A stretch of DNA of 52,557 bases from Candidatus Bathyarchaeota archaeon BA2 (lineage in GTDB: Archaea > Thermoproteota > Bathyarchaeia > Bathyarchaeales > Bathyarchaeaceae): the NCBI GenBank assembly GCA_001399795.1, contig LIHK01000054.1:375-52931 (forward strand), given 5' to 3'. The notes beneath the pieces are model-generated. The model was not told the DNA's origin and searched no databases. It saw only the letters and a program-made list of their open reading frames with translations. The translations under genes were made by a program, and so were the position numbers. Below, piece by piece: positions 43,205-52,356 of this stretch. The first letter of the stretch is position 1. Each line of letters begins with the position of its first letter.

Positions 43205-43400
43205 TTCGCATTAGCTCTTATGAATGTTATTTGCTGAAACCAAGGTAAGAAAGTAGCTGTTTTGGGTTAAGAAAAATAGTGTTAGCCATTTCGTTAATAT
43301 GTTTAGGTGCTTTTAATATTACGAAGCGTTGTTGCGATGTACCGCAGCTAAGCTGGCAACATATAATTTAACTAGTCGCTTTCACAAAAGTGTTGTAGAG

Positions 43401-44240
43401 ATGTTTGTGATGCAACCTATCGAGGATCTAGCAGCTAAGTTAAAAAAAGTAGTCAGGGCCGACAAAGAGGTTTTACTTGCCTATCTATTCGGCTCACGTG
43501 GTGAAGGGAGAGTAGCCAAGCACAGCGATGTTGATATCGCGATTTTACATTGCGGCGACGAGTTGATGAAGGCTGGCGAAGTCAAAGAGAAGGCTGCTAG
43601 GGAGCTAAAGCTTGATGAGGATAGGATTGATGTTGTCGATATCTCTAAGGCTCCACTCACGCTCAAGCTTAGCATAGTTAAAGGGTTAAAGCTTATTGAC
43701 AGAGGTAATTATGAGAAAGCGCTCATTGATGAGTTAAACAAAAAGTTTCCCGAAACACGTATAATAATAAATTCGTCGGTGCGGGAAGCTATAGAATGCA
43801 ACGCTTTTAGCTTAAGGCGCGACGTTCTATATTCAAGGCTTCAAAAAGTTAGAGAGGAGGCAACATACCTAAAAGAAGAGATATTAGTGAGAGGGGTTGA
43901 AGCTGTCGTCCTAGACGGAACCACACGTAGGGCTATGGCTAGGTCTATCCATGAGCTAATTGAGGCCATGCTTGATATATGTCGTCATCTGGTCTCCGTA
44001 AAGGCCCTTGGCCCGACTGAAACATACACCGACTTCCCACGCCTGTTAAGTGAGCACAACCTAATACCTCCTTCCCTAGCTGAAGCACTTGAAGAAGTCG
44101 CAAGGCTAAGGAATGTACTTGTTCATAGATACATTGAGGTTGACTACGGTAGATTACTCAGTAAGGCTCGCGAAATTATAGATCGTGTTGTACCAAAATT
44201 TGAAGAATGGGTTCTGGGACTTCTAAGGGAGAGCAAGTAG
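43401..44240 (+). CDS. Fused MNT (minimal nucleotidyltransferase) - HEPN (DUF86) protein
   Basis: FGSRGEGRVAKHSDVD (GSX10DXD) and RNVLVHRY (RX4HXY) in one ORF; start at ATG 43401 or 43410. Confidence 0.85.
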   Translation: MFVMQPIEDLAAKLKKVVRADKEVLLAYLFGSRGEGRVAKHSDVDIAILHCGDELMKAGEVKEKAARELKLDEDRIDVVDISKAPLTLKLSIVKGLKLIDRGNYEKALIDELNKKFPETRIIINSSVREAIECNAFSLRRDVLYSRLQKVREEATYLKEEILVRGVEAVVLDGTTRRAMARSIHELIEAMLDICRHLVSVKALGPTETYTDFPRLLSEHNLIPPSLAEALEEVARLRNVLVHRYIEVDYGRLLSKAREIIDRVVPKFEEWVLGLLRESK

Positions 44241-44281
44241 AGTGTGGCCAATCAAAGAAATATGACGATTTTATAACCCTT

Positions 44282-46657
44282 TTACGACCTTGCAAGTTTT
44301 TCTTTGACGTCCTCCCGAGTTTTCCCTGGAAGCGGCCCCATCTTTGAAATTCTGGAGTTAAATGTTTCGAATGTTTCGGTTACCTTTCCGTATTCCGGAA
44401 GCGTTGTAGAAAACGACATTAGGCGGAGGGGTTCGATGCCATAAGCCCTTAACTCCTTTTTCATTTGGATGACGTGTTCCCTTAGGGCTTCCTCAGTGAA
44501 CACGCCGCCGTGGTCCTCAAGCAATATGACGCCGTCAGCTCCGGAAGCGAATGCTTGTAGCACGTGTTTCAAGCCAACGCGTCCTGTGCTGGGAACGCCA
44601 ATTATCCTAACGTTTGGAGGGAAAGAAACTCTGCTTTGCCCAGCCAAGTCTGCAGAGCCGTAAGCTATTTCCTTTTCAAGGAAGGCAATGATCTTCGGGG
44701 GTTTGCCGCCTTCACTTACCCCGCGGATTTGAGCCATCAACTGGGCTTCGGTGGAGTTTTTAAGGTCAATGGCTTCCCTTGGGCATCTTGGCACGCAAAT
44801 TCCACACCCGACACAAGAGATCGGGTTGATTGTTATGGCCTCCGGAGACTTTTCCACCGCTGCCACGGGACACACCTTGATGCATATTTCACACATGTCG
44901 CATTTCTCTTGAATGATGTAGACCACTTCTGGCGAAACAGAAATCTCGCCTTTCCCTACAAAGGTTGCTACCCTTGAGGCAGTAGCCATTGCTTCTAGAG
45001 TTGTTTCCCTGACATCCTTCGGACTTAGGGCGCATCCGGCAACAAACAATCCCTCGCGTTGGCTGTCAACCGGTCTAAGCTTGTAGTGCCTCTCCAAGAG
45101 GAAGCCATCAGAGCCAACCTGAATGCCTAATTTTTTTGCTAATTCCTCGGTGCCAAAATTAGGAACGATCCCCAGAGCGAGCACCACTAGGTCAAACTTT
45201 CCTTCAACTTGTGCTCCAATAAGGGTGTCCTCTGCCTTCACAAGTATTCCATCGTTATTTGATGGAACAATTTCCGCTACTCGTCCCCTGACAAATCGCA
45301 CCTTATGATCTTGAGCCGTGGCGTAAAATTCTTCATATCCCTTTCCATCAGCTCTTATATCCGTGTAAAAAATCCAAGGTTCAGCATCAGGCACAACCTT
45401 CTGAAGTAACATAGCCTGCTTAATAGACGCCATGCAACCTATCTTGCAACAGTGTTCAACCCCCTCTTCCTTGTTCATCGTTCGACTGCCCACGCAAAGT
45501 ATGAAGGCCACTTTTTTCGCCACCTTCCCATTGGACGGCCTGCGTAATCCTTGCCCGATGAGTCGCTCGAACTGCAGGTTAGTTACGATATCTGGATGTA
45601 AACCGAAGGCATACTCCTCTGGGATTTTCGGGTCTAATTGCTGGAATCCGGTGCAAGCAACGATTACACCCACATCTAGCTCAATGGTTTCTTCTTTCTG
45701 TTCGAAATCGACGGCTTTGCCCTTGCAGATTTTTTCGCAAAGCCTACAAACCCCTTTATTAAAGAATAAGCAGTGATCTTTGTCTATAACGTATGTCTTG
45801 GGAACCGCCTGCTTAAAAGGAGTGTAAATAGCCTTTCGCGGAAGCGTGGCGGCTTCAAATTCGCTTGGGACTTTGACAGGGCAGACTTTTTCGCATTCCC
45901 CGCAAGCTGTACATTTGGCTGCGTCCACGAATCTAGGTCTCTTCTTGATTAAGACTCTGTAGTTGCCGGGTGACCCTTCGGCGGCCTCTGGTTCTGCCAT
46001 GCTGATGATCTTTATATGTGGATGTTGCGAGGTAGACACCATTTTTGGTGTCAGAATGCACTGGGAGCAGTCTAGGGTGGGAAAAGTTTTGCTAAGCTGA
46101 GCCATGTGCCCGCCTATGCTCGGGCTTCTCTCAACTAGGTATACTTGATAGCCTTTATCAGCCAATTCTAGAGAGGTGATAATACCCGCGATTCCTCCCC
46201 CGATAACCAGAACATCCTGATTCACAGGCGTGGTCTTAACCTCTAAGGGTTCAAGGTAACGAGTTCGCTCCACTGCCCCGCGGATAAGGTCGATTGCCTT
46301 AGATGTTGCGGCCTCTATGTCGTCGTGAACCCAGCTACACTGTTCCCTAACGTTAGCCATTTCAAGGAAGTAGGGGTTCAAACCAGCCGATTCTAAGGTT
46401 CGCCTAAAAGTGTCAAGGTGCATCCGCGGTGAACACGAAGCCACTACAATTCTGTTAAGCCCGTGCTCTTTTATGCCCTCCTGTATCATCTCTTGCCCAG
46501 GGTCGCTACACACATATTCATAAGTTTTTGCAACCTTCACTCCTTCCATTTTGGAAGCAGCTTCTCTAACCTTTTCCACATCTACTGTATCGCTTATGTT
46601 TCCTCCACAATGACAAATGTAAACTCCGATCTTAGGTTCTTCTTTCGCCAATTTCAA
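44282..46657 (-). CDS. hdrA: HdrA-MvhD fusion protein with a degenerate MvhD domain
   Basis: Canonical HdrA order (CHCGGNI, GGGIAG, KTFPTLDC, ferredoxin insert, C-terminal ferredoxin) followed by an MvhD-like domain (AYGSADLAG, STGRVG, GADGV). Confidence 0.9.
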   Translation of the reverse strand: MKLAKEEPKIGVYICHCGGNISDTVDVEKVREAASKMEGVKVAKTYEYVCSDPGQEMIQEGIKEHGLNRIVVASCSPRMHLDTFRRTLESAGLNPYFLEMANVREQCSWVHDDIEAATSKAIDLIRGAVERTRYLEPLEVKTTPVNQDVLVIGGGIAGIITSLELADKGYQVYLVERSPSIGGHMAQLSKTFPTLDCSQCILTPKMVSTSQHPHIKIISMAEPEAAEGSPGNYRVLIKKRPRFVDAAKCTACGECEKVCPVKVPSEFEAATLPRKAIYTPFKQAVPKTYVIDKDHCLFFNKGVCRLCEKICKGKAVDFEQKEETIELDVGVIVACTGFQQLDPKIPEEYAFGLHPDIVTNLQFERLIGQGLRRPSNGKVAKKVAFILCVGSRTMNKEEGVEHCCKIGCMASIKQAMLLQKVVPDAEPWIFYTDIRADGKGYEEFYATAQDHKVRFVRGRVAEIVPSNNDGILVKAEDTLIGAQVEGKFDLVVLALGIVPNFGTEELAKKLGIQVGSDGFLLERHYKLRPVDSQREGLFVAGCALSPKDVRETTLEAMATASRVATFVGKGEISVSPEVVYIIQEKCDMCEICIKVCPVAAVEKSPEAITINPISCVGCGICVPRCPREAIDLKNSTEAQLMAQIRGVSEGGKPPKIIAFLEKEIAYGSADLAGQSRVSFPPNVRIIGVPSTGRVGLKHVLQAFASGADGVILLEDHGGVFTEEALREHVIQMKKELRAYGIEPLRLMSFSTTLPEYGKVTETFETFNSRISKMGPLPGKTREDVKEKLARS

Positions 46658-46825
46658 CCATCTCCATCGGCATGTAATCGTTCAGAGCCCAATTTTAGAG
46701 TGGTATTAGTGTAACTTTACACTTTTAAATATCTCGATAAAAGACGTTTAGAACAATCCCAGAAAGTGCTCATTTATTAGTTACGATTAGAAGAATTTAA
46801 TTTCCGTTAGGAGTTCGACTAACCT

Positions 46826-49087
46826 TTGCATGCAGAAATCAAAGTCAGCGGCATCGTTCAAGGCGTGGGTTTCCGACCTTTTGTCTACCGAGTTGCCGTA
46901 GAAAATGGACTAGTTGGCTATGTGCGAAACCGAGGAGACGCAGTCGTGGAAATCGTCGTTGAGGGAAAGAAAAAAGACGTTAAACGGTTCCTCAAAAATT
47001 TGAAAGAGAAAAAGCCTCCTCTCGCTCGAATCTACGATATGACAACCAATTACACCGAAGATAAGAACAAATTTAAACAATTTACGATTCTGAAGAGTTC
47101 CGAGAATGTTGAACTCTCCGGGTCTGTTATCCCACAAGACGTTTCGATCTGCGACGAATGTTTAAGCGAACTTCGAGACCCGAAAAATAAACGTTACAAC
47201 TATTTTTTCATCACGTGTACAAACTGCGGTCCTAGGTACACGATTATTGAGAAACTTCCCTACGATAGGCTGAACACCACCATGCAAGACTTCTTTATGT
47301 GTGACTTCTGTTTCAAAGAATACAACGATCCGTCAAACAGAAGGTTTCACGCTCAAACAGTTGCTTGCCCTAAATGTGGCCCAAAAGTCTACCTCACCAC
47401 AAATAACGACGAATCCATAAAGCATGAAGATCCCATAAGAGAAGCAGGCAAACTCTTGGAGGAAGGCTACATTGTTGCCATCAAGGGAAATGGAGGCTTC
47501 CACATCGCAACATCCACCACCAAGTCTGAACCCATTGCCAGATTGAGAAAGGTCAAGTATAGAGCCCAGAAACCTTTTGCAATAATGGCACGCGACATAG
47601 ATACCACAAAATCCTTCGCGGAGGTGAATATGAAAGAGGCCGAGCTGTTAACTTGCTATATTAAGCCCATAGTTTTGTTAAAGAAAAGGGATGACTACTA
47701 CCTTTCAGAACTCATCTCTCCCGGTTTACACAACATTGGTGTGATGCTTCCGTACACGGGCTTGCATGCAATGCTTTTTGACAAGGTACGGGAACCCGCC
47801 TTTGTTATGACTAGCGCAAACCCTCCCAACGAACCAATAGTCACGGAAAATGTTGAAGCCATGAAAAAGCTTGGTTCCGTGGTGGACTTCTTTCTTTTCC
47901 ACAACAGAACAATCGCCCATAGATGCGACGACTCTGTTGTTCGTCTCCACGGTGAAGATCAGAGTATAATTCGTAGATCAAGGGGGTACGCTCCTGAGCC
48001 TGTTCATCTGAAACGTTTGGCGGACAGTTATGTCTTAGGAGTTGGTGCAGAGTTCAACGTAACTTCATGTGTGCTTCTGCGGAACAAGGCTTTCATTTCA
48101 CAGCATGCCGGAGATGTTGATAACTTAGAGACGCTTGGCTTCTTGAAAAGTGCCATAAATCATTTGATAAAATTGACGAACAGCAAGGTTGAAGTTATAG
48201 CCTGTGACCTGCATCCAAAATTCACCACGACAAGGCTGGCTCAAAACCTAGGAGAAAAACTTGAATGTTCAGTGGTTCCAGTTCAACATCACCACGCTCA
48301 CATCGCCTCTCTCATGGGTGAACACGATGTTGACGAAATGATAGGCATAGCCTGCGATGGCTTCGGTTACGGTTCAGACGGCAACGCTTGGGGCGGAGAG
48401 ATACTCTACTGCAACCATGACGGTTTTCAGCGTTTGGGGCACCTTCAAGAGCAACCTATGGTGGGAGGCGACCTAGCCACGCTTTACCCATTAAGAGTGG
48501 CTGCCGGAATACTTTATGGCGAGGCTGATATTGAAGAATGGCTGCTGTTAAACAGCGACCGCTTCCCACACGGCAGAAGGGAAGTTGAAGTAATCGTTAA
48601 ACAGTTGGGAAAAGGATCAACACCCAAAACCACGAGTTGCGGGAGAGTACTAGACGCCGTGTCAGCAATACTAGGCATATGTTACGAGCGAACCTACGAG
48701 GGCGAGCCAGCGATGAAGTTAGAGTCTGCTGCCCTGAAGGGAAAAGACGTTTTAAAATTGACGCCAGAATTCAGGGGAAACGCCATCGACACCACACTTC
48801 TTGTTCATGAAATCTTCAATCAGAGAGGGAAACATTCGGTCGCTGACTTGGCTTGCTCAGCCCAGTCCTACCTTGCAAGGAGTTTAGCTGAGTTGGCTGT
48901 AGAGGAGGCGGAGCAACTTAACGTTGACTTTATCGGTTTTTCTGGGGGAGTTGCCTATAACGAGTACATCACAGTAACGATTAGAAAAATTGTTGAGGAA
49001 AACGGTTTCAAGTTCCTTGTTCATAATCAAGTTCCGCCTGGAGACGGAGGAATTTCATTTGGACAAGTCGTCGCTGCAGCCTTCTAA
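46826..49087 (+). CDS. hypF: Carbamoyltransferase HypF
   Basis: VQGVGFRPFVY acylphosphatase domain, two zinc fingers, QHHHAH and PPGDGGISFGQ. Confidence 0.96.
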   Translation: MHAEIKVSGIVQGVGFRPFVYRVAVENGLVGYVRNRGDAVVEIVVEGKKKDVKRFLKNLKEKKPPLARIYDMTTNYTEDKNKFKQFTILKSSENVELSGSVIPQDVSICDECLSELRDPKNKRYNYFFITCTNCGPRYTIIEKLPYDRLNTTMQDFFMCDFCFKEYNDPSNRRFHAQTVACPKCGPKVYLTTNNDESIKHEDPIREAGKLLEEGYIVAIKGNGGFHIATSTTKSEPIARLRKVKYRAQKPFAIMARDIDTTKSFAEVNMKEAELLTCYIKPIVLLKKRDDYYLSELISPGLHNIGVMLPYTGLHAMLFDKVREPAFVMTSANPPNEPIVTENVEAMKKLGSVVDFFLFHNRTIAHRCDDSVVRLHGEDQSIIRRSRGYAPEPVHLKRLADSYVLGVGAEFNVTSCVLLRNKAFISQHAGDVDNLETLGFLKSAINHLIKLTNSKVEVIACDLHPKFTTTRLAQNLGEKLECSVVPVQHHHAHIASLMGEHDVDEMIGIACDGFGYGSDGNAWGGEILYCNHDGFQRLGHLQEQPMVGGDLATLYPLRVAAGILYGEADIEEWLLLNSDRFPHGRREVEVIVKQLGKGSTPKTTSCGRVLDAVSAILGICYERTYEGEPAMKLESAALKGKDVLKLTPEFRGNAIDTTLLVHEIFNQRGKHSVADLACSAQSYLARSLAELAVEEAEQLNVDFIGFSGGVAYNEYITVTIRKIVEENGFKFLVHNQVPPGDGGISFGQVVAAAF

Positions 49088-49142
49088 ATGCCGTAAACCA
49101 GAACCGATTTATTTTAGGCACTCATCTTATAGGTGATATGAA

Positions 49143-49361
49143 ATGTGTCTCGCAATCCCGGCTAAGGTCCTAAAAGTTCAAGGAGACGTTGCAAAAGTCG
49201 ATTTTGGGCAAGGGGTTGCCCGAGACGTAAATGTCATGCTTGTAGAAGCCCGTGTGGGCGAATATGTTTTGGTTCACGCGGGATACGCCATTCAAGTTAT
49301 CGACCGAGAGGCGGCTGAGGAAACCCTCCGATTATGGGAAGAAATCCTCAAATATGAATGA
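49143..49361 (+). CDS. hypC: Hydrogenase assembly chaperone HypC
   Basis: MCLAIPAKV and VLVHAGYAI; GGTGA RBS. Confidence 0.96.
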   Translation: MCLAIPAKVLKVQGDVAKVDFGQGVARDVNVMLVEARVGEYVLVHAGYAIQVIDREAAEETLRLWEEILKYE

Positions 49362-50062
49362 AAGTTGGGAGGCATTACGCTTTGACTCGTTTGAAGGAAG
49401 CTGTCAAGGCTGAGGAAGGAGAAATCTACGACATAGAGCTTGATGCGGATCTTCTGAAAGTCAACGAAGAACTAGCAGCAAAAAATAGGGAGCTTTTACG
49501 GAAACATAATGTAACAGCAATTGATGTCATGGGAGCCATCGGATCGGGAAAAACCACCCTCATTGAAAAACTTGTTCAAGCGTTAAAGGGAAAGTATAGG
49601 ATCGCGGCTTTCAAGGGCGATTTGACAACAACAATAGACGCGGGGCTTATTGGAAAACACGGCGTAGAGGTTGTTCCCATTAACACTGGAAAAGAATGTC
49701 ATCTGGACGCAAACTTGGTGAGAAAGGCGTTCAAAAGAATTAACTTAGCGGAAATCGATCTCCTCTTTATTGAAAACGTTGGAAACCTCATTTGCCCCGC
49801 AGACTTTCCACTAGGCTCTGAGAAACGCATCGTTGTAGTAAGCGTCACCGAAGGACCCTACATGGTTGTTAAGCACCCGTTCATCTTTATGAGAGCAGAC
49901 GTAGCGGTTATAAACAAGAAGGATTTGGCCCAAGCGATGGGAGTTGATGTTAAGAAACTGGAGACGGATGTTAAGGAGATAAATCCAAACGCAAAAGTTG
50001 TGGCGACGAACTGCAGAAGCGGAGAGGGCGTCATAGAAGTGGTCTGTGCGTTGGGACTCTAA
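49358..50062 (+). CDS. hypB: Hydrogenase nickel incorporation GTPase HypB
   Basis: GAIGSGKT, ECHLDA, ENVGNLICPA and NKKD. Confidence 0.95.
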   Translation: MKVGRHYALTRLKEAVKAEEGEIYDIELDADLLKVNEELAAKNRELLRKHNVTAIDVMGAIGSGKTTLIEKLVQALKGKYRIAAFKGDLTTTIDAGLIGKHGVEVVPINTGKECHLDANLVRKAFKRINLAEIDLLFIENVGNLICPADFPLGSEKRIVVVSVTEGPYMVVKHPFIFMRADVAVINKKDLAQAMGVDVKKLETDVKEINPNAKVVATNCRSGEGVIEVVCALGL

Positions 50063-50088
50063 TCTAAACCTAGTGGAGCTACGGAAAA

Positions 50089-50460
50089 GTGCATGAATTT
50101 TCCATGATAACGCAAATCGTGGAAAACGTTCTTAAAGAGGCTGAAAAACATAGGGCAAAGAAGGTCACGGAAGTTAATCTTGTTATAGGAAAGCTGACGT
50201 TTCTAGGTCTCGAACAGGTTCGCTTCTCCTACGACGTACTGGTGAAGGGCACCATAATGGAGGGTTCAAAGCTTTACATAGAAGAGAAGAACGGTGTTGT
50301 CAAGTGTTCCAGTTGCGGCTACGAAGGAGACTTCATGTATGAAGACGATCCGATGTTTCACGTTCCAACCCCTACGCTTCACTGTCCTAAGTGTGAAGGC
50401 GTAGTCGACATCGTTAGAGGAAGAGAGTGCACGATAAAAAGCGTAAAACTCATAGTATAG
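50089..50460 (+). CDS. hypA: Nickel metallochaperone HypA
   Basis: MHEFSM with two CxxC motifs (CSSC, CPKC) and GREC. Confidence 0.95.
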   Translation: MHEFSMITQIVENVLKEAEKHRAKKVTEVNLVIGKLTFLGLEQVRFSYDVLVKGTIMEGSKLYIEEKNGVVKCSSCGYEGDFMYEDDPMFHVPTPTLHCPKCEGVVDIVRGRECTIKSVKLIV

Positions 50461-50552
50461 AAAGCCCAAGAATGTCGGCACTTATACCCAAATGAAACTT
50501 TATAAGGGAATATTATTTAATTGTGGGCAATAAATCGATTTGGTGGGAATAT

Positions 50553-50777
50553 ATGACGGTTGTGACGTTGAGTTCGAAGGGTAGATTAACGCTTCCAGCC
50601 GAGGTAGGGACTAAAATTAAAGCAGCAAGGTTTTTGGTTGTTTTGGAAGGCAATTCCATTAGGTTGATTCCGCTTTCAGACCCATTAAAATTAAAGGGGT
50701 CGGTTAAGATCCCTTGGAGCATCGAGGAGCTTGAAGAGGCTGGCGAGGAATTTGTATCCAAAAGAGTTGAAGGGTAG
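50553..50777 (+). CDS. AbrB/MazE-family antitoxin (VapB-like)
   Basis: VTLSSKGRLTLPAEV motif; overlaps the start of the downstream PIN gene. Confidence 0.8.
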   Translation: MTVVTLSSKGRLTLPAEVGTKIKAARFLVVLEGNSIRLIPLSDPLKLKGSVKIPWSIEELEEAGEEFVSKRVEG

Positions 50778-51199
50778 ATTCCTCTTAGACTCTGATGTTT
50801 TATATCGTATATTAGAGGGAATATAAGCTTGCAGACCATGCGGAGGTTGTTGTAAAATCAATAGTTGAAGGCATGGCAGAAGTGTTTGTATCATCTATGT
50901 TATATGATGATGTGATTTCTGGACTACGCTCAAAGGGCATGGAGCTCGCAGATGTGATGCAGGTTCTCACAGCTATAGCGTCAATACCTCATACACCTCT
51001 TCCCGTAACTCCAGCAATCGCTATAAGCGCTTTAACACTTTACATGCAGCATGGCGGTCCAAGAAAAATCCATTATTTCGATACGTTTCATGTGGCAACG
51101 GCTAGACTTCATGAATTGCCGATGATAACAAGCGACATTTACATAAACGAACATCAAAGGAACCTAGGTATAACAGCGGTTGACCTGAAAAAGTTATGA
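50767..51199 (+). pseudogene. vapC: PIN-domain VapC toxin, frameshifted near the 5' end
   Basis: TTG 50767 gives MKGRFLLDSDV, then TAA at 50824; the PIN body (KLADHAEVVV...HYFDTFHVATA...ITSD) continues in another frame to 51199. Confidence 0.75.
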
Positions 51200-51240
51200 A
51201 GCCCATTTATTTCACAGCTCTAATGGTAAATGTAGTGGGG

Positions 51241-52356
51241 GTGAGGCTGGCGTCAATTTCTAGGTTTAGAGATCCAAACCTAGTTCGGAAAACAGCAGAA
51301 CACATCAAAAAACTAGCAGAAAGAAGTAAATTCACGTTCATGCATGTGTGTGGAACGTATTTAGCAACCTAGCTAGATACGCACAAGACACATGAATGGA
51401 CGATAGCCCGCTACGGTCTTCGAGCTCTTCTTTCCGACACTGTGGATGTTATTGCTGGGCCGGGCTGTCCCGTCTGCATCCTCCCCGCAGCTGAAATCGA
51501 CGAGGCGATATCGTTAGCCCTAAACGAAGTAACTGTTGTAACCTTCGGCGACGTTATTCGGGTTCCTGGCTCTGAATCGTCGCTTCAGGAGGCAAAGGCT
51601 TCTGGTGGGGACGTTAGGATTGTGTATGGCGTTGGGGATGCTGTGAGAATGGCGGAGAAAGAGCCAGACAAGGATTTTGTTTTCTTTGCTATTGGGTTTG
51701 AAACCACGGCGCCGTCTACTGCCATTGAAATCCTTAACAAGCCGCCCCAAAACCTTAGCTTTCTCGTCTCCCATAGGTTGATTCCGCCAGCCATGGAACT
51801 GCTCCTCGGTGTAGGAAACCTTCACATAGACGGCTTCATCGCACCTGGCCACGTTTCCACCATCATCGGAATGAAGCCCTATGAAATATTTCCCAATGCC
51901 TATCGAATGCCTACTGTGATAGCCGGATTCGAGCCTCTGGATGTTCTTTTCGCCATCTCCATGCTGCTCCAGCAGTTAAAGGACGGGGAAGCCAGACTTG
52001 AGAATGAGTATAAGCGTTCTGTCACGTGGGAGGGCAACGTCAAAGCGCAGCGGCTCATGGAGCAAGTGTTCAGTGTGGTGGATGGATGCTGGAGGGGACT
52101 TGGAAAACTTCCCCTATCAGCGCTGGCATTAAAGGAAGAATTCCTAGAGTACGATGCGAGGAAAAAATACGACTTACAGATTGAACGTCCCAGAGACCTG
52201 ATGCCTGGTTGCCTTTGCCACCTAGTCATGATTGGAAAGATAAAGCCTCCAGAATGCCCTCTCTACATGAAGGCTTGCACGCCTCAGACTCCTAAGGGAG
52301 CGTGCATGGTTTCAATTGAAGGCACTTGCAGAATATGGGCCAAACATAAGCTATGA
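51241..52356 (+). CDS. hypD: Hydrogenase formation protein HypD, two exons (51241-51354 joined to 51388-52356)
   Basis: Exon 1 has RFRDP...FMHVCG; exon 2 has THEWTIARYGLR, GPGCPVC, GFETT, PGHVS and GACMVSIEGTC. The joined ORF is 360 aa. Start uncertain (in-frame ATGs at 51196 and 51223, GTG at 51241). Confidence 0.92.
51355..51387 (+). other. 33-nt bulge-helix-bulge (tRNA-type) intron in hypD pre-mRNA
   Basis: CATGTG|TGTG|GA^A|CGTATTTAGC-AACCTA-GCTAGATACG|CACA|AG^A|CACATG forms a 6-bp outer helix, two 3-nt bulges, a 4-bp central helix and a 10-bp inner helix. It contains an in-frame TAG (51370-51372), and excision restores HVCGTHE. Confidence 0.9.

Noticed and set aside
50790-50835. Second BHB intron explaining the vapC frameshift
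   Set aside because: Only a weak AT-rich stem (TTTATAT/ATATAAG) with no 3-4-3 geometry, and there is no surplus sequence to remove.
51370-51372. Pyrrolysine or amber readthrough of the hypD TAG
   Set aside because: Readthrough would leave 11 extra residues inside the invariant CGTH motif. The exact BHB explains both the stop and the insertion, and no pyl genes are in the window.
51355-51387. Insertion as a MITE, transposon footprint or tandem duplication
   Set aside because: No clear target-site duplication or copy of flanking sequence. Pairing between insert and exon (CACA/TGTG) with two 3-nt bulges is specific to BHB.
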